Assembly (NCBI GenBank): GCA_948437895.1
Contig: CAOJKK010000002.1
Span: 8,116-72,115 of the forward strand
DNA length: 64,000 nucleotides
Direction of reading: 5' to 3'
From: an uncultured Clostridium sp.
GTDB taxonomy: Bacteria > Bacillota > Clostridia > TANB77 > CAG-508
Shown here: piece after piece, positions 48,672-57,965 of the stretch
Layout of the letters: every line of letters starts with the position of its first letter
Position numbering within the stretch: the first letter of the stretch is position 1
Translations under genes and position numbers: made by a program
Notes under the pieces: model-generated
What the model was told of the DNA's origin: nothing
Database searches by the model: none
What the model saw: only the letters and a program-made list of their open reading frames with translations

Positions 48672-49287
48672 TTACATTATACTTCTAACTTTTTCTATAA
48701 TCATATTAAGAGCAACTTCATTGTGTCCACCTTCTGGAACAATAATATCTGCAAATTTTTTACTAGGCTCTACGAATTGTTCATGCATAGGCTTAACTGT
48801 TGCACAATATTGAGAAACAACAGAATTTAGAGTACGACCTCTTTGCTCAACATCACGTAAAAGCCTTCTTATAAATCTAATATCTGCATCAGTATCTACA
48901 AATATTTTTATATCCATTAAGTCTCTAAGCTCCTTGTTTTCAAATATCAATATACCATCTACAATAATGACTTTTTTAGGAATAACTTCAACAGTTTCAT
49001 CTAATCTTTGATGATCAACGAAAGAATATTCTGGTCTGTAAATAGTATTTCCTTTTTTTAATTCTTTTAAGTGTTCTATAAGCAAACTAGTTTCAATTGA
49101 ATCTGGATGATCATAGTTTAACTTTGTTCTTTCTTCAAATGGAAGTTCAGGATGAGCTTTATAATAAAAATCATGTGATATCATAGTAATATCATTACTA
49201 AATTCTTTTTTTATATTTTCGGCAAGAGTACTTTTACCGTGAACCTGTACCACCTGCAATGCCTATTATAATTGGATCAAGTGCCAT
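48672..49287 (-). CDS. udk: uridine kinase; needs +1 shift at G49239 (a C on the coding strand)
   Basis: The minus strand reads MALDPIIIGIAGGTGS then CGG TAA. Skipping the C gives the P-loop GGTGS-G-KSTLA and joins the 48672-49259 ORF. Confidence 0.85.
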
Positions 49288-49458
49288 ATATTTGTTACCT
49301 CCGAATATTTATTATACATACATAATAAAGTATTTTTCTAATAAAAGCAAGTAAAGGTATCAAAATACAATAAATATCTACAAAATATTTATATGAAATA
49401 AAATCTTGAAAATACGCTGAAAGAGACATATAATAATAAAAGAGAAGAAGGTGAAACA

Positions 49459-49824
49459 ATGGTATTAATAGGAAAGATTACGAAAGGTATGGGTGTTGCA
49501 GGAAGATTTGTAAACATGATGCAAAAAGCATTTTATGAAAAAACAAAAGTAAAGTTATATCCAGGAACATTAAATATAAAGTTAAGTGATCTATATATTC
49601 TAAAACCAGATTATATAATAAAACCAGAAGAATATGGTGGAACATTTAATGTTCAAATACAGCAGTGCAAAGTTTTAGGAGAAAATGCATATATACTAAG
49701 ATCAGAAAAAAATATAGATGACAAAGGAGATTATGGACAAGATATAATAGAAATAATTTCAAATATAAATTTTAGAGAAAAATATAATTTAAAAGATGAA
49801 GATGAAATAAAAGTAGAAATATAA
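49459..49824 (+). CDS. CTP-dependent riboflavin kinase-like (DUF120) protein
   Basis: GKITKGMGVAGRF...LYPGTLNIKL pattern. Confidence 0.6.
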   Translation: MVLIGKITKGMGVAGRFVNMMQKAFYEKTKVKLYPGTLNIKLSDLYILKPDYIIKPEEYGGTFNVQIQQCKVLGENAYILRSEKNIDDKGDYGQDIIEIISNINFREKYNLKDEDEIKVEI

Positions 49825-49984
49825 ATTGAGTACGCTCCAGAGTGCATGGCAGTCCTTATACGAGATTTTGTCGCAAAAGGGACACATCTATGCCTCAATT
49901 TTTTATTTTTTAAAATTTTAGTTCTAAAACACTTTTTATTAGCATATATATATTTAAGGACAAGTTATATATAAGGAGAAAAAT

Positions 49985-50933
49985 ATGCTAATTTCTAATT
50001 TACTTACATATTTTCCAGAAGAAATTTCCGAAACAATTGAAGAATACTTCAAAGAAGATAAAGAAGAAAAAAATAAATCCATTGAAGAAATAAGATTAAG
50101 GGCGGACAAGCCATTAATCTTAAAATTCAATAAAAAAGAAGTAGTTTTTAAAGTAAATATAACTCAGGAAATGATACTTCAAACTTTACAGAAGGTTTGT
50201 GATAATTCAATATACAGTTTTCAAGGACAAATAAGAGAAGGTTTCATTACATTAAAAGGCGGACATAGAATAGGAATAACAGGAAATTGTGTAATTGAAG
50301 ATGGAAAGGTTTCAAATATAAATTACATATCAAGTTTGAATTTTAGAATTGCAAAAGAAATAAAAGGATGTAGTAATAAATTACTAAAGTATGTATTAGA
50401 TTTAGAAAATAATAATATATACACAACACTTATAGTATCACCACCAGGGGTACGGAAAAACTACCATTCTAAGAGATTTAATACGAAAGATTAGTACAGG
50501 TATAGAGAAATTGAATTTTATTGGTATTAATGTTGGATTAGTTGATGAAAGAGGAGAGATTGCTGCTATGTATAAAGGAATTTCTCAGAATGATATAGGT
50601 ATAAGGACAGACGTACTTGATAATATACCAAAAGCAATTGGAATGAGAATGCTAATAAGATCAATGGCACCAAAAGTGATTTCTGCAGATGAGATCGGAA
50701 ACAATGATGAAGTAGAACCTATAAACTATGCAATATGTTCAGGAATAAAAGGTATATTTACAGCACATGGATCTTCATTAGAAGAAATATCAATAAATCC
50801 AACATTAAAAGATTTATTAAATCTACATGCTTTTGAAAGAATAATCTTTTTAAGTGATAGAAATCAAAAGGCAGAAGTAGAAACTGTCTATACATTAAAT
50901 AAAAAAACATCAGAGTATAGTATTATGGAGTGA
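49985..50933 (+). CDS. spoIIIAA: stage III sporulation protein AA (ATPase); needs +1 shift at C50453
   Basis: IEEIRLRADKPL. Skipping C50453 restores the Walker A SPPGV-G-KTTILRDLIRKIS and joins the 50511-50933 ORF. Confidence 0.88.
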
Positions 50934-50938
50934 TTTTT

Positions 50939-51448
50939 ATGTTGTTTATTAAAATTATAATTTATTCATTAATATTTCTATCATGTTCAACAATAGGAAT
51001 ATTAATTTCAAAGAAATATGTCAATAGAGTAAATGAGTTAAGAGAATTTAAAAATGCTTTGAATCTTTTTAAAACAAAAATTAGATATACATATGAACCA
51101 TTGCCAGAGATTTTTGCAGAAATATCAGAAAGTATAGAATCAAACATATCAACAGTGTTTAAACAAGCATCTGAAAAAATGTCTGCATGTACAGCTGGAG
51201 AAGCTTGGAACTTGGCATTAAAAGTTAATACATTAAATATAGATGAAGAGGATAAGACTGTGCTAAAAAATCTTAGCAAATTGCTTGGTAAAACAGACTT
51301 AGAAGGACAACTTAATCAAATAGAGATGACATCTGATTTTTTAGACAAACAAATTAGAAAAGCGGAAAACCAAAAAGAAAAAAGTGAAAGAATGTATAGA
51401 ACACTTGGAATGATTATGGGAATGGTAATTGTAATAATACTTATTTAA
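50939..51448 (+). CDS. spoIIIAB: stage III sporulation protein AB
   Basis: Operon position, N-terminal TM helix, ELREFKNAL pattern. Confidence 0.75.
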   Translation: MLFIKIIIYSLIFLSCSTIGILISKKYVNRVNELREFKNALNLFKTKIRYTYEPLPEIFAEISESIESNISTVFKQASEKMSACTAGEAWNLALKVNTLNIDEEDKTVLKNLSKLLGKTDLEGQLNQIEMTSDFLDKQIRKAENQKEKSERMYRTLGMIMGMVIVIILI

Positions 51449-51467
51449 TGTTTAAAGGAGTTTACAT

Positions 51468-51662
51468 ATGAATATAGATTTATTATTTAAGATAGCCGCA
51501 ATTGGAATTTTAGTTGCAGTTTTGCATCAAGTTTTAGTAAGGGCAGGAAGAGAAGATCAAGCTATGATGACAACACTTGCGGGATTAGTAATTGTACTTA
51601 CAATGGTTATAAAAGAAATAAGTACACTATTTAATACAGTAAGAACAATATTTGGATTGTAG
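51468..51662 (+). CDS. spoIIIAC: stage III sporulation protein AC
   Basis: 64-aa two-TM protein with the ..AGREDQA.. motif. Confidence 0.85.
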   Translation: MNIDLLFKIAAIGILVAVLHQVLVRAGREDQAMMTTLAGLVIVLTMVIKEISTLFNTVRTIFGL

Positions 51663-51663
51663 G

Positions 51664-52059
51664 GTGAAGTTATTGGATATTGTAAAGATAATAGGTGTGG
51701 GATTAATTGCACTAATAATAATTATCATATTAAAACAGTACAAGCCTGAATTTACAGTATATGTATCAATAATAGCAGGTGCAATAATAATTTTTATGGT
51801 GATGGACAAGCTAACCTCAGTAGTTGGATTACTTACCAATCTTACAAGCAGAACTGGAACAGGAAGTACATTTTTAAAAATACTTCTAAAAATTACAGGA
51901 ATTGCAATACTAACCGAATTTGCTGTTAGCATTTGTAAGGACTCTGGAGAAACTGCGATTGCAAGCAAAATAGATTTAGGTGGAAAAATAATCATAATAA
52001 GTATATCAATACCAATAATAACAGCACTTTTAGAATTATTAATTCAGATATTACCATAG
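51664..52059 (+). CDS. spoIIIAD: stage III sporulation protein AD
   Basis: Four-TM protein with DIVKIIGVGLIA...KQYKPEF. GTG start at 51664 is uncertain (the track ORF begins at 51652). Confidence 0.75.
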   Translation: MKLLDIVKIIGVGLIALIIIIILKQYKPEFTVYVSIIAGAIIIFMVMDKLTSVVGLLTNLTSRTGTGSTFLKILLKITGIAILTEFAVSICKDSGETAIASKIDLGGKIIIISISIPIITALLELLIQILP

Positions 52060-52111
52060 TGAGACAAATGGGACGGGGGTTTTTGTCGCATATATTAATT
52101 AGGGAGAACAA

Positions 52112-53258
52112 ATGATAAAGAGAATATTAGTTATATTTATTTTAATATATTTAATAATTATTCCAAGTTCATATTCAACTGATGAGATAATCTCATCTCA
52201 AATGGAAGCGTTGAATTTATCTTCTTTCATGACTGAAGGAAAAAAATACACAGAAGATGTTTTTCCAGATATGGATTTAAACGAATTACTTAATTCGGCA
52301 ATAAGAGGAAATATTGATAACAAAAGTATATTTAAAGGGATTTTATCTGTTTTTGGAAATGAGATTGCCTCAAGTATTTCTCTTTTAGGTAGCATTTTAA
52401 TAATAATTGTAATACATAGTTTGCTTAAGAGCTTTTCAGAAAATTTAAATAATAACAAAGGGGTTGGACAAATTGCATATTATATAGAATATATTTTAAT
52501 AGTTACATTAGTAATGGCCAATTTTTCAAGCATAATAGCTATGATAAAAGAGGCAATTTCTAATTTAGTTGGATTTGTTAATTGCTTAATTCCAATTTTA
52601 CTTGCATTAATGTCCGCTACACGGAAGCGTTGTATCTGTTAGTTTAATACAGCCATTGATAATATTTGCGGTAATATTCATTGCAAATGCTATAACACTA
52701 TTTATTTTGCCTATAACATTAATTGCAACATCATTAGGAATAATATCGAATTTATCTGACAGAGTTCAAATAGGTAAACTGTCTAAGTTTTTAAAATCAG
52801 GAATAACTTGGTCTTTAGGAGTAATAGTAACTATATTTGTAAGTATATTATCTCTAGAAGGTGGATTAACTAGTAACATAGATGGACTTGCAGCAAAAGG
52901 AATAAAATCCGCAGCAACTACATTTATACCAGTAGTAGGTAAAGCTTTAGGAGAGTCAGTTGATATGGTTATTGGTTCAACATCACTACTTAAAAATTCT
53001 ATTGGAATTGTTGGTATGATTATAATAATAGGAATATGTGCAATGCCGATAATAAAACTTAGCATACTAACAGTTACATACCACTTTGCATCAGCAATAT
53101 GTGAACCGTTAGCAGATAAAAAAGTAGTAGCTCTATTAGAGCAAATGGGAGGAACATTTAAAGTGCTTTTAGGAATAATGTTTTTTGTTGCAGTTCTACT
53201 GATTATAGGACTGGCTATGTGTATTAAGATATCTAATAATGGAATGATGTATAGGTAG
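52112..53258 (+). CDS. spoIIIAE: stage III sporulation protein AE; needs +1 shift at C52622
   Basis: ORFs 52112-52642 and 52656-53258 join as LLALMSAT-G-SVVSVSLIQPLIIF when C52622 is skipped. Polytopic membrane protein in the expected operon slot. Confidence 0.82.
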
Positions 53259-53266
53259 GTGAAATA

Positions 53267-53902
53267 ATGATAGGCTTCATAAATTCATGGGCTCAAGGAA
53301 TCATATTAGCAGTCATAATTGCCACAATAATTGAAATAATATTACCTGAAGGAAAGAATAAAAAATATGTAAAAACTATTATAGGAATTTATATAATTTT
53401 TGTTATGGTATATCCATTAGTGTCAAAAATAACAAGCAAAAATATAAATATAGAGGAATTGCTCAATAGTACAATAAGCAAAACAAGTAAATATGAAACA
53501 GACAATGAGTTGGCTATTAACACCAATACATATATAGAAGAAACATACAAACAAAAACTAGAAGATGATATAAAAAGAAGAGCAGTTGAAAAGAACTATG
53601 AAATTAATTTTCTAGATCTGAATATAGAAACAGATAATGAGAATTATGGACAGATCAATAGTATTAATATGAAAATATCTAAAAAAGAAGATAATAAAAA
53701 GATACAAGATAATACTAATAATACAAATAACAATATTAATCAAATAGAAAAAGTAGAAATAAAGGTATCAAATAATAATAACAAAAGAGAAGAAAATGAA
53801 AAGAATGAGATAAGAATACCAGAAGATGAGATAAATGAATTTAAAGAATACCTAGCTAATTCTTATGGAATTGAAAAAGAAAATATTCATGTAAATGAGT
53901 AG
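53267..53902 (+). CDS. spoIIIAF: stage III sporulation protein AF
   Basis: Operon position. N-terminal WAQGIILAVIIATIIEIILPEG pattern. Confidence 0.8.
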   Translation: MIGFINSWAQGIILAVIIATIIEIILPEGKNKKYVKTIIGIYIIFVMVYPLVSKITSKNINIEELLNSTISKTSKYETDNELAINTNTYIEETYKQKLEDDIKRRAVEKNYEINFLDLNIETDNENYGQINSINMKISKKEDNKKIQDNTNNTNNNINQIEKVEIKVSNNNNKREENEKNEIRIPEDEINEFKEYLANSYGIEKENIHVNE

Positions 53903-53923
53903 ATTAAAAGAATGGAGGAAGAA

Positions 53924-54556
53924 ATGTTTAAAGAGAAGTTAGAGAATTTAAAGTTAAAATTTACTAAAAATACAGAAGAGAATAATAAAAGGAAAATAGA
54001 GAATTTAGTAGTTTTTCTAATTCTTTTAATAATAACAATAATTGCAATAAATACAATATGGAGAGACAAAAAAGAAGATGTGAAGAAAAATGATAACGAT
54101 GTATCATATAAACAACTTGCAGAAAGTTTAGATAATAATATTAATAGTAATAATCAACAATTAGTTGAATATAATTTAGAACAAAGCTTAGAGGACATAC
54201 TATCTAAAATGGCAGGAGTTGGAAAAGTACAAGTATTAGTTACATATTCAGAAACTAGTGAAGTTGTTGCAATGTATAATGAAACATACAAATCTAGCAA
54301 TACAGAAGAAACAGATACAAATGGTGGGATAAGAAAAATTGAAGAAATGGATACAAACAAAGAAATAATATTTGAAGACAAAGACGGTAAACAAACTCCA
54401 ATTACTCAAAAAGTTGTGATGCCTAAGATTGAAGGAGCTATTGTTACAGCAGAAGGTGCAGGAAATGTTAATATTAAAACAAATATTATTCAAGCAGTTT
54501 CTGCAGCAACAGGATTAGCTACATATAGAATTCAAGTTTTTGAAATGGAATCTTAA
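53924..54556 (+). CDS. spoIIIAG: stage III sporulation protein AG
   Basis: Operon position. C-terminal P.IEGAIVTAEGAGN...AVS..TGL pattern. Confidence 0.8.
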   Translation: MFKEKLENLKLKFTKNTEENNKRKIENLVVFLILLIITIIAINTIWRDKKEDVKKNDNDVSYKQLAESLDNNINSNNQQLVEYNLEQSLEDILSKMAGVGKVQVLVTYSETSEVVAMYNETYKSSNTEETDTNGGIRKIEEMDTNKEIIFEDKDGKQTPITQKVVMPKIEGAIVTAEGAGNVNIKTNIIQAVSAATGLATYRIQVFEMES

Positions 54557-54577
54557 AATACAAGGAGAGTGTAATTT

Positions 54578-55231
54578 ATGAAAATTTTAAAAAGAAATCA
54601 ATTAATAGTTTTAGTTGTATCTTTGATGTTAATAACAGCAGGATATTTGAATTTTACTACTAATCAAGGAAATATGCAGACAAGCACAATAGTAGGTGAT
54701 AGGGATGATGAAAGCATAGGAGATGCACAACTTGTAAGTACAATCCCTGATGAAAACGAACAAGACATGATAGAAAATCTTGTAAATGGACAAACAAATG
54801 CCAACGAAACAGAAAACATACCAGAAGAGACAGAAGCCCCAACAAGTAGTGTGGTGGATAATAAAGGAAACGAAAACAAGTCAGAAGATTTCTATTTTAC
54901 AACATCTAAATTAGAAAGAAATACAATGTATTCAGAACTTTTGGAAACTTATCAAGAAATGTACAATAATTCTACTGCAACAAATGAAGCAAAATCAGAA
55001 GCTTTGGGTAAAATAAATAATATTAACAACACTAAAAATGCAATAATGATTTCGGAAAATTTAATAATGGCAAAAGGATTTGAAGACGCAGTAGTATTTG
55101 TGAATGAAGGAAGCATAAGTGTAGTTATTAAATCTGAAGAACTAAAGGGAGAACAAGTTGCCCAAATACAAAATATAGTTTCAAGAGAGTTAAATGTTGG
55201 AGCAGAAAATATACATATTAGTAATAAATAA
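54578..55231 (+). CDS. spoIIIAH: stage III sporulation protein AH
   Basis: Operon position. N-terminal TM helix and a C-terminal YscJ/FliF-like region (AVVFVNEGSISVVI). Confidence 0.78.
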   Translation: MKILKRNQLIVLVVSLMLITAGYLNFTTNQGNMQTSTIVGDRDDESIGDAQLVSTIPDENEQDMIENLVNGQTNANETENIPEETEAPTSSVVDNKGNENKSEDFYFTTSKLERNTMYSELLETYQEMYNNSTATNEAKSEALGKINNINNTKNAIMISENLIMAKGFEDAVVFVNEGSISVVIKSEELKGEQVAQIQNIVSRELNVGAENIHISNK

Positions 55232-55244
55232 AAATGATAAGTTT

Positions 55245-55279
55245 AAAACTACCTAAGTAAGTTGCTTAGGTAGTTTTTT
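55245..55279 (+). terminator. rho-independent terminator of the spoIIIA operon
   Basis: 13-bp stem aaaactacctaag / cttaggtagtttt followed by a T-run. Confidence 0.85.
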
Positions 55280-55345
55280 AGTACCTTACTTAAAAAATAA
55301 ACATATAATAAAATAAAAGTTATCACTTATGAGAGGAGGTACTAA

Positions 55346-55858
55346 ATGAAACAACTATATCAGGATGCGAAAAATATTATGAAAAAGGATCCTGCTGCAA
55401 GAAACATATTAGAAGTTATTATACTATATCCAGGTTTTCATATTTTGATATTTCATAGAATTGCTAATTTTTTATATAGACACAAATTGTTTTTTATAGC
55501 TAGATTAATTTCTCAAATAGGAAGATTTATTACAGGAATTGAAATACATCCAGGTGCTAAAATAGGAAAAAGACTATTTATAGACCATGGTATGGGAATA
55601 GTTATTGGTGAGACTGCAGAAGTTGGAAATGATTGTACAATATACCACCAAGTAACATTAGGAGGAACAGGTAAAGATAAAAATAAAAGACATCCAACAG
55701 TGGGAAACAATGTTATGATAGGTGCTGGTTCTAAAGTATTAGGTCCAATAAAAATAGGTAACAATGTAAAAATAGGAGCTGGTTCTGTTGTATTGCATAA
55801 TATAGAAAATGATTCGACTGTTGTAGGTGTGCCTATTGATAGGATTATTAAAAGATAA
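55346..55858 (+). CDS. cysE: serine O-acetyltransferase
   Basis: [30 protein letters not shown] hexapeptide repeats. Confidence 0.88.
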   Translation: MKQLYQDAKNIMKKDPAARNILEVIILYPGFHILIFHRIANFLYRHKLFFIARLISQIGRFITGIEIHPGAKIGKRLFIDHGMGIVIGETAEVGNDCTIYHQVTLGGTGKDKNKRHPTVGNNVMIGAGSKVLGPIKIGNNVKIGAGSVVLHNIENDSTVVGVPIDRIIKR

Positions 55859-55937
55859 ATAATATTAATGAGAAAGAAGAAAAAACAGAAATGAAAAGAA
55901 AAAATACGATGCCGGCAAAATAATTATGTAAACACAT

Positions 55938-55966
55938 TTGCAATTTTATGTTAAATATGATATAAT
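55938..55966 (+). promoter_or_regulatory. sigma-A type promoter with a roughly 128-nt leader
   Basis: ttgcaa, 17-nt spacer, tataat, with a TGn extension. Confidence 0.55.
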
Positions 55967-56100
55967 ATCAAATATAAAGACCATGAATTAAATTTACATG
56001 GCTATGATTATATAGTAATCATAATATTAGCAAAAATCCTTTTTTACAGCGTAAGGCTGATGACATATATTAAAAAAACTTTTTTAAAGGAGAACAAAAA

Positions 56101-56523
56101 ATGGAAAAATTATTTTTAGTAACAATTATTGGGATTATTTTGTTTGGATATGCGGTTTCTGCAGTTGCTGCAGAGATAAGAGGAGACAGAGCAGTCGTAA
56201 CACCCAAATCAGTGTATGTGAATTCGTCTCGAGGAGTCGAAGCAAAATTCTTGCATTCTTCAGCGGCATACAAAATTATGCCTATAACAACTTGGATATG
56301 TGTTGGATTAGGCATTTACGGATGGTATAATAATATATTTTCGTCATCTATTACTACCATAACAATTATCACATTTGCAAGTATGGCTATCGTTTACACA
56401 GTGGCTTGTATAATTGACATTGCATGCAAAGCGGAAAATGCACCCAAGGACATCCATACTATTATAAGTACTGCAATTAATTGTGTGGTTGTGATAGCGA
56501 TATCGATTGTTGCTGCAGCTTAA
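56101..56523 (+). CDS. membrane protein, unknown function
   Basis: Strong SD, four hydrophobic segments. Confidence 0.5.
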   Translation: MEKLFLVTIIGIILFGYAVSAVAAEIRGDRAVVTPKSVYVNSSRGVEAKFLHSSAAYKIMPITTWICVGLGIYGWYNNIFSSSITTITIITFASMAIVYTVACIIDIACKAENAPKDIHTIISTAINCVVVIAISIVAAA

Positions 56524-56537
56524 GTTAAGTTATTCCA

Positions 56538-56575
56538 CTAAAGAGCCATATTATAATATGGCTCTTTAGTTTGTA
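56538..56575 (+). terminator. rho-independent terminator
   Basis: 14-bp perfect stem ctaaagagccatat / atatggctctttag followed by ttt. Confidence 0.85.
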
Positions 56576-56743
56576 TATTTAAATAAAAAATCTGATAAAC
56601 ACCTTGTAAATATTTAATTTATTGGTATAATATACAGAGAATAAGTTGCAAAAATGGAACTTTTTAAGTATAGAAATTTCATTTTTGGAATTTAATTAAG
56701 GAAAATAACAAATAATTTTTTATAAATCATGAAAGGGGAAACT

Positions 56744-57880
56744 ATGGTAAAGAAAGTTGCTATAATTACAAATGGCGGAGATTGCCCAGGTCTTAATGCA
56801 GTAATCCGTGCAATAGTAAAAACAGCTGAAACTCATGGAGTTGAATGCTATGGATATATAGAAGGATATAAAGGACTTTTAGAAAATAACTATATAAAAT
56901 TAGAATCTAATGGTTCAGCATCAGGACTTCTTCATAGAGGTGGAACAATTATAGGTGCATCAAACAGTACAAACCTATTCAATTATCCAGTAGAAGAAAA
57001 TGGAGAAATAGTATATAAAGATATGTCATATAAAGCAGTAGAAAATGCTAGAAATGCAGGATTTGATTGTATATTTACATTAGGAGGAGATGGAACACAA
57101 AAATCTGCAAGAGACTTCAGCTTAAGAGGGCTAAATGTAATAGGAGTACCAAAAACAATAGATAATGATGTTGCACATTCAGAAATAACATTTGGATATA
57201 ATACAGCAGTATCTGTTGCAACAGAAGCACTAGATAGATTACATTCAACAGCAGAATCACATCATAGAATAATGACATTAGAGGTAATGGGAAGATATGC
57301 AGGATGGATAGCATTAGAATCTGCAATAGCAGGTGGAGCAGATGCAGCAATAATACCAGAAATACCATATGATATTAATAAGATAGCTGAGAAGATTAAC
57401 AAAAGAAAAGAAGAAGGTAAAAAATTTAGTATAATTGTTGTATCAGAAGGTGCAAAACCAAAAGATGGAGAAATGATTGTTAAAAAGACTTTAAATGATG
57501 GTAAAGGATTGGACAATATAAGACTTGGAGGAATAGGAGAAAAACTTTCAAGAGATTTAGAAGAATTAACTGGAATGGTATCAAGAAATACAGTTCTTGG
57601 ATATGTACAAAGAGGTGGAACACCAACAGCATTTGATAGAGTGTTATCTACTAAATATGGTTCTAAAGCAATGGAACTTGCATTAGAAGGTAAATTCAAT
57701 ACATTAGTAACATTAAAAAATGGAAAATTAGATTATGTACCATTAGAAGAAGTAGTAGGAAATAACAAAGAAATAGGAGCACGTTCTGGTGGAACAGAAA
57801 GTACAAGTATTAAGAGAGTAACAATGGATGATGACTTAGTAAAAATAGCGAGAGATTTAGACATTTGCCTAGGAGATTAA
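56744..57880 (+). CDS. pfkA: 6-phosphofructokinase
   Basis: KKVAIITNGGDCPGLNAVIRA, GGDGT, PKTIDND, MGRYAGW. Confidence 0.9.
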   Translation: MVKKVAIITNGGDCPGLNAVIRAIVKTAETHGVECYGYIEGYKGLLENNYIKLESNGSASGLLHRGGTIIGASNSTNLFNYPVEENGEIVYKDMSYKAVENARNAGFDCIFTLGGDGTQKSARDFSLRGLNVIGVPKTIDNDVAHSEITFGYNTAVSVATEALDRLHSTAESHHRIMTLEVMGRYAGWIALESAIAGGADAAIIPEIPYDINKIAEKINKRKEEGKKFSIIVVSEGAKPKDGEMIVKKTLNDGKGLDNIRLGGIGEKLSRDLEELTGMVSRNTVLGYVQRGGTPTAFDRVLSTKYGSKAMELALEGKFNTLVTLKNGKLDYVPLEEVVGNNKEIGARSGGTESTSIKRVTMDDDLVKIARDLDICLGD

Positions 57881-57965
57881 ATGTCCCAAAAGGGACGTTT
57901 CTAAATGGGACATTTTGTCCAAAAAAATGCATAGGTAATAAGTAACAAACATAAAGGAGAATAAG

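Noticed and set aside
49825-49912. Possible riboswitch or sRNA downstream of the DUF120 riboflavin-kinase-like gene
   Set aside because: It is best explained as a long imperfect terminator hairpin (attgag...ctcaat closing stem) followed by ttttttatttttt. It is positioned 3' of the gene, and I recognise no FMN-element features.
57881-57965. T-box or leader-peptide attenuator upstream of argS, including the mini-ORFs MSQKGRF and MGHFVQKNA
   Set aside because: The gap is only about 85 nt, far shorter than a T-box leader. There is no specifier or T-box sequence and no U-tract terminator. The mini-ORFs lack SD sequences. Only the alternative hairpins were kept, as a low-interest note.
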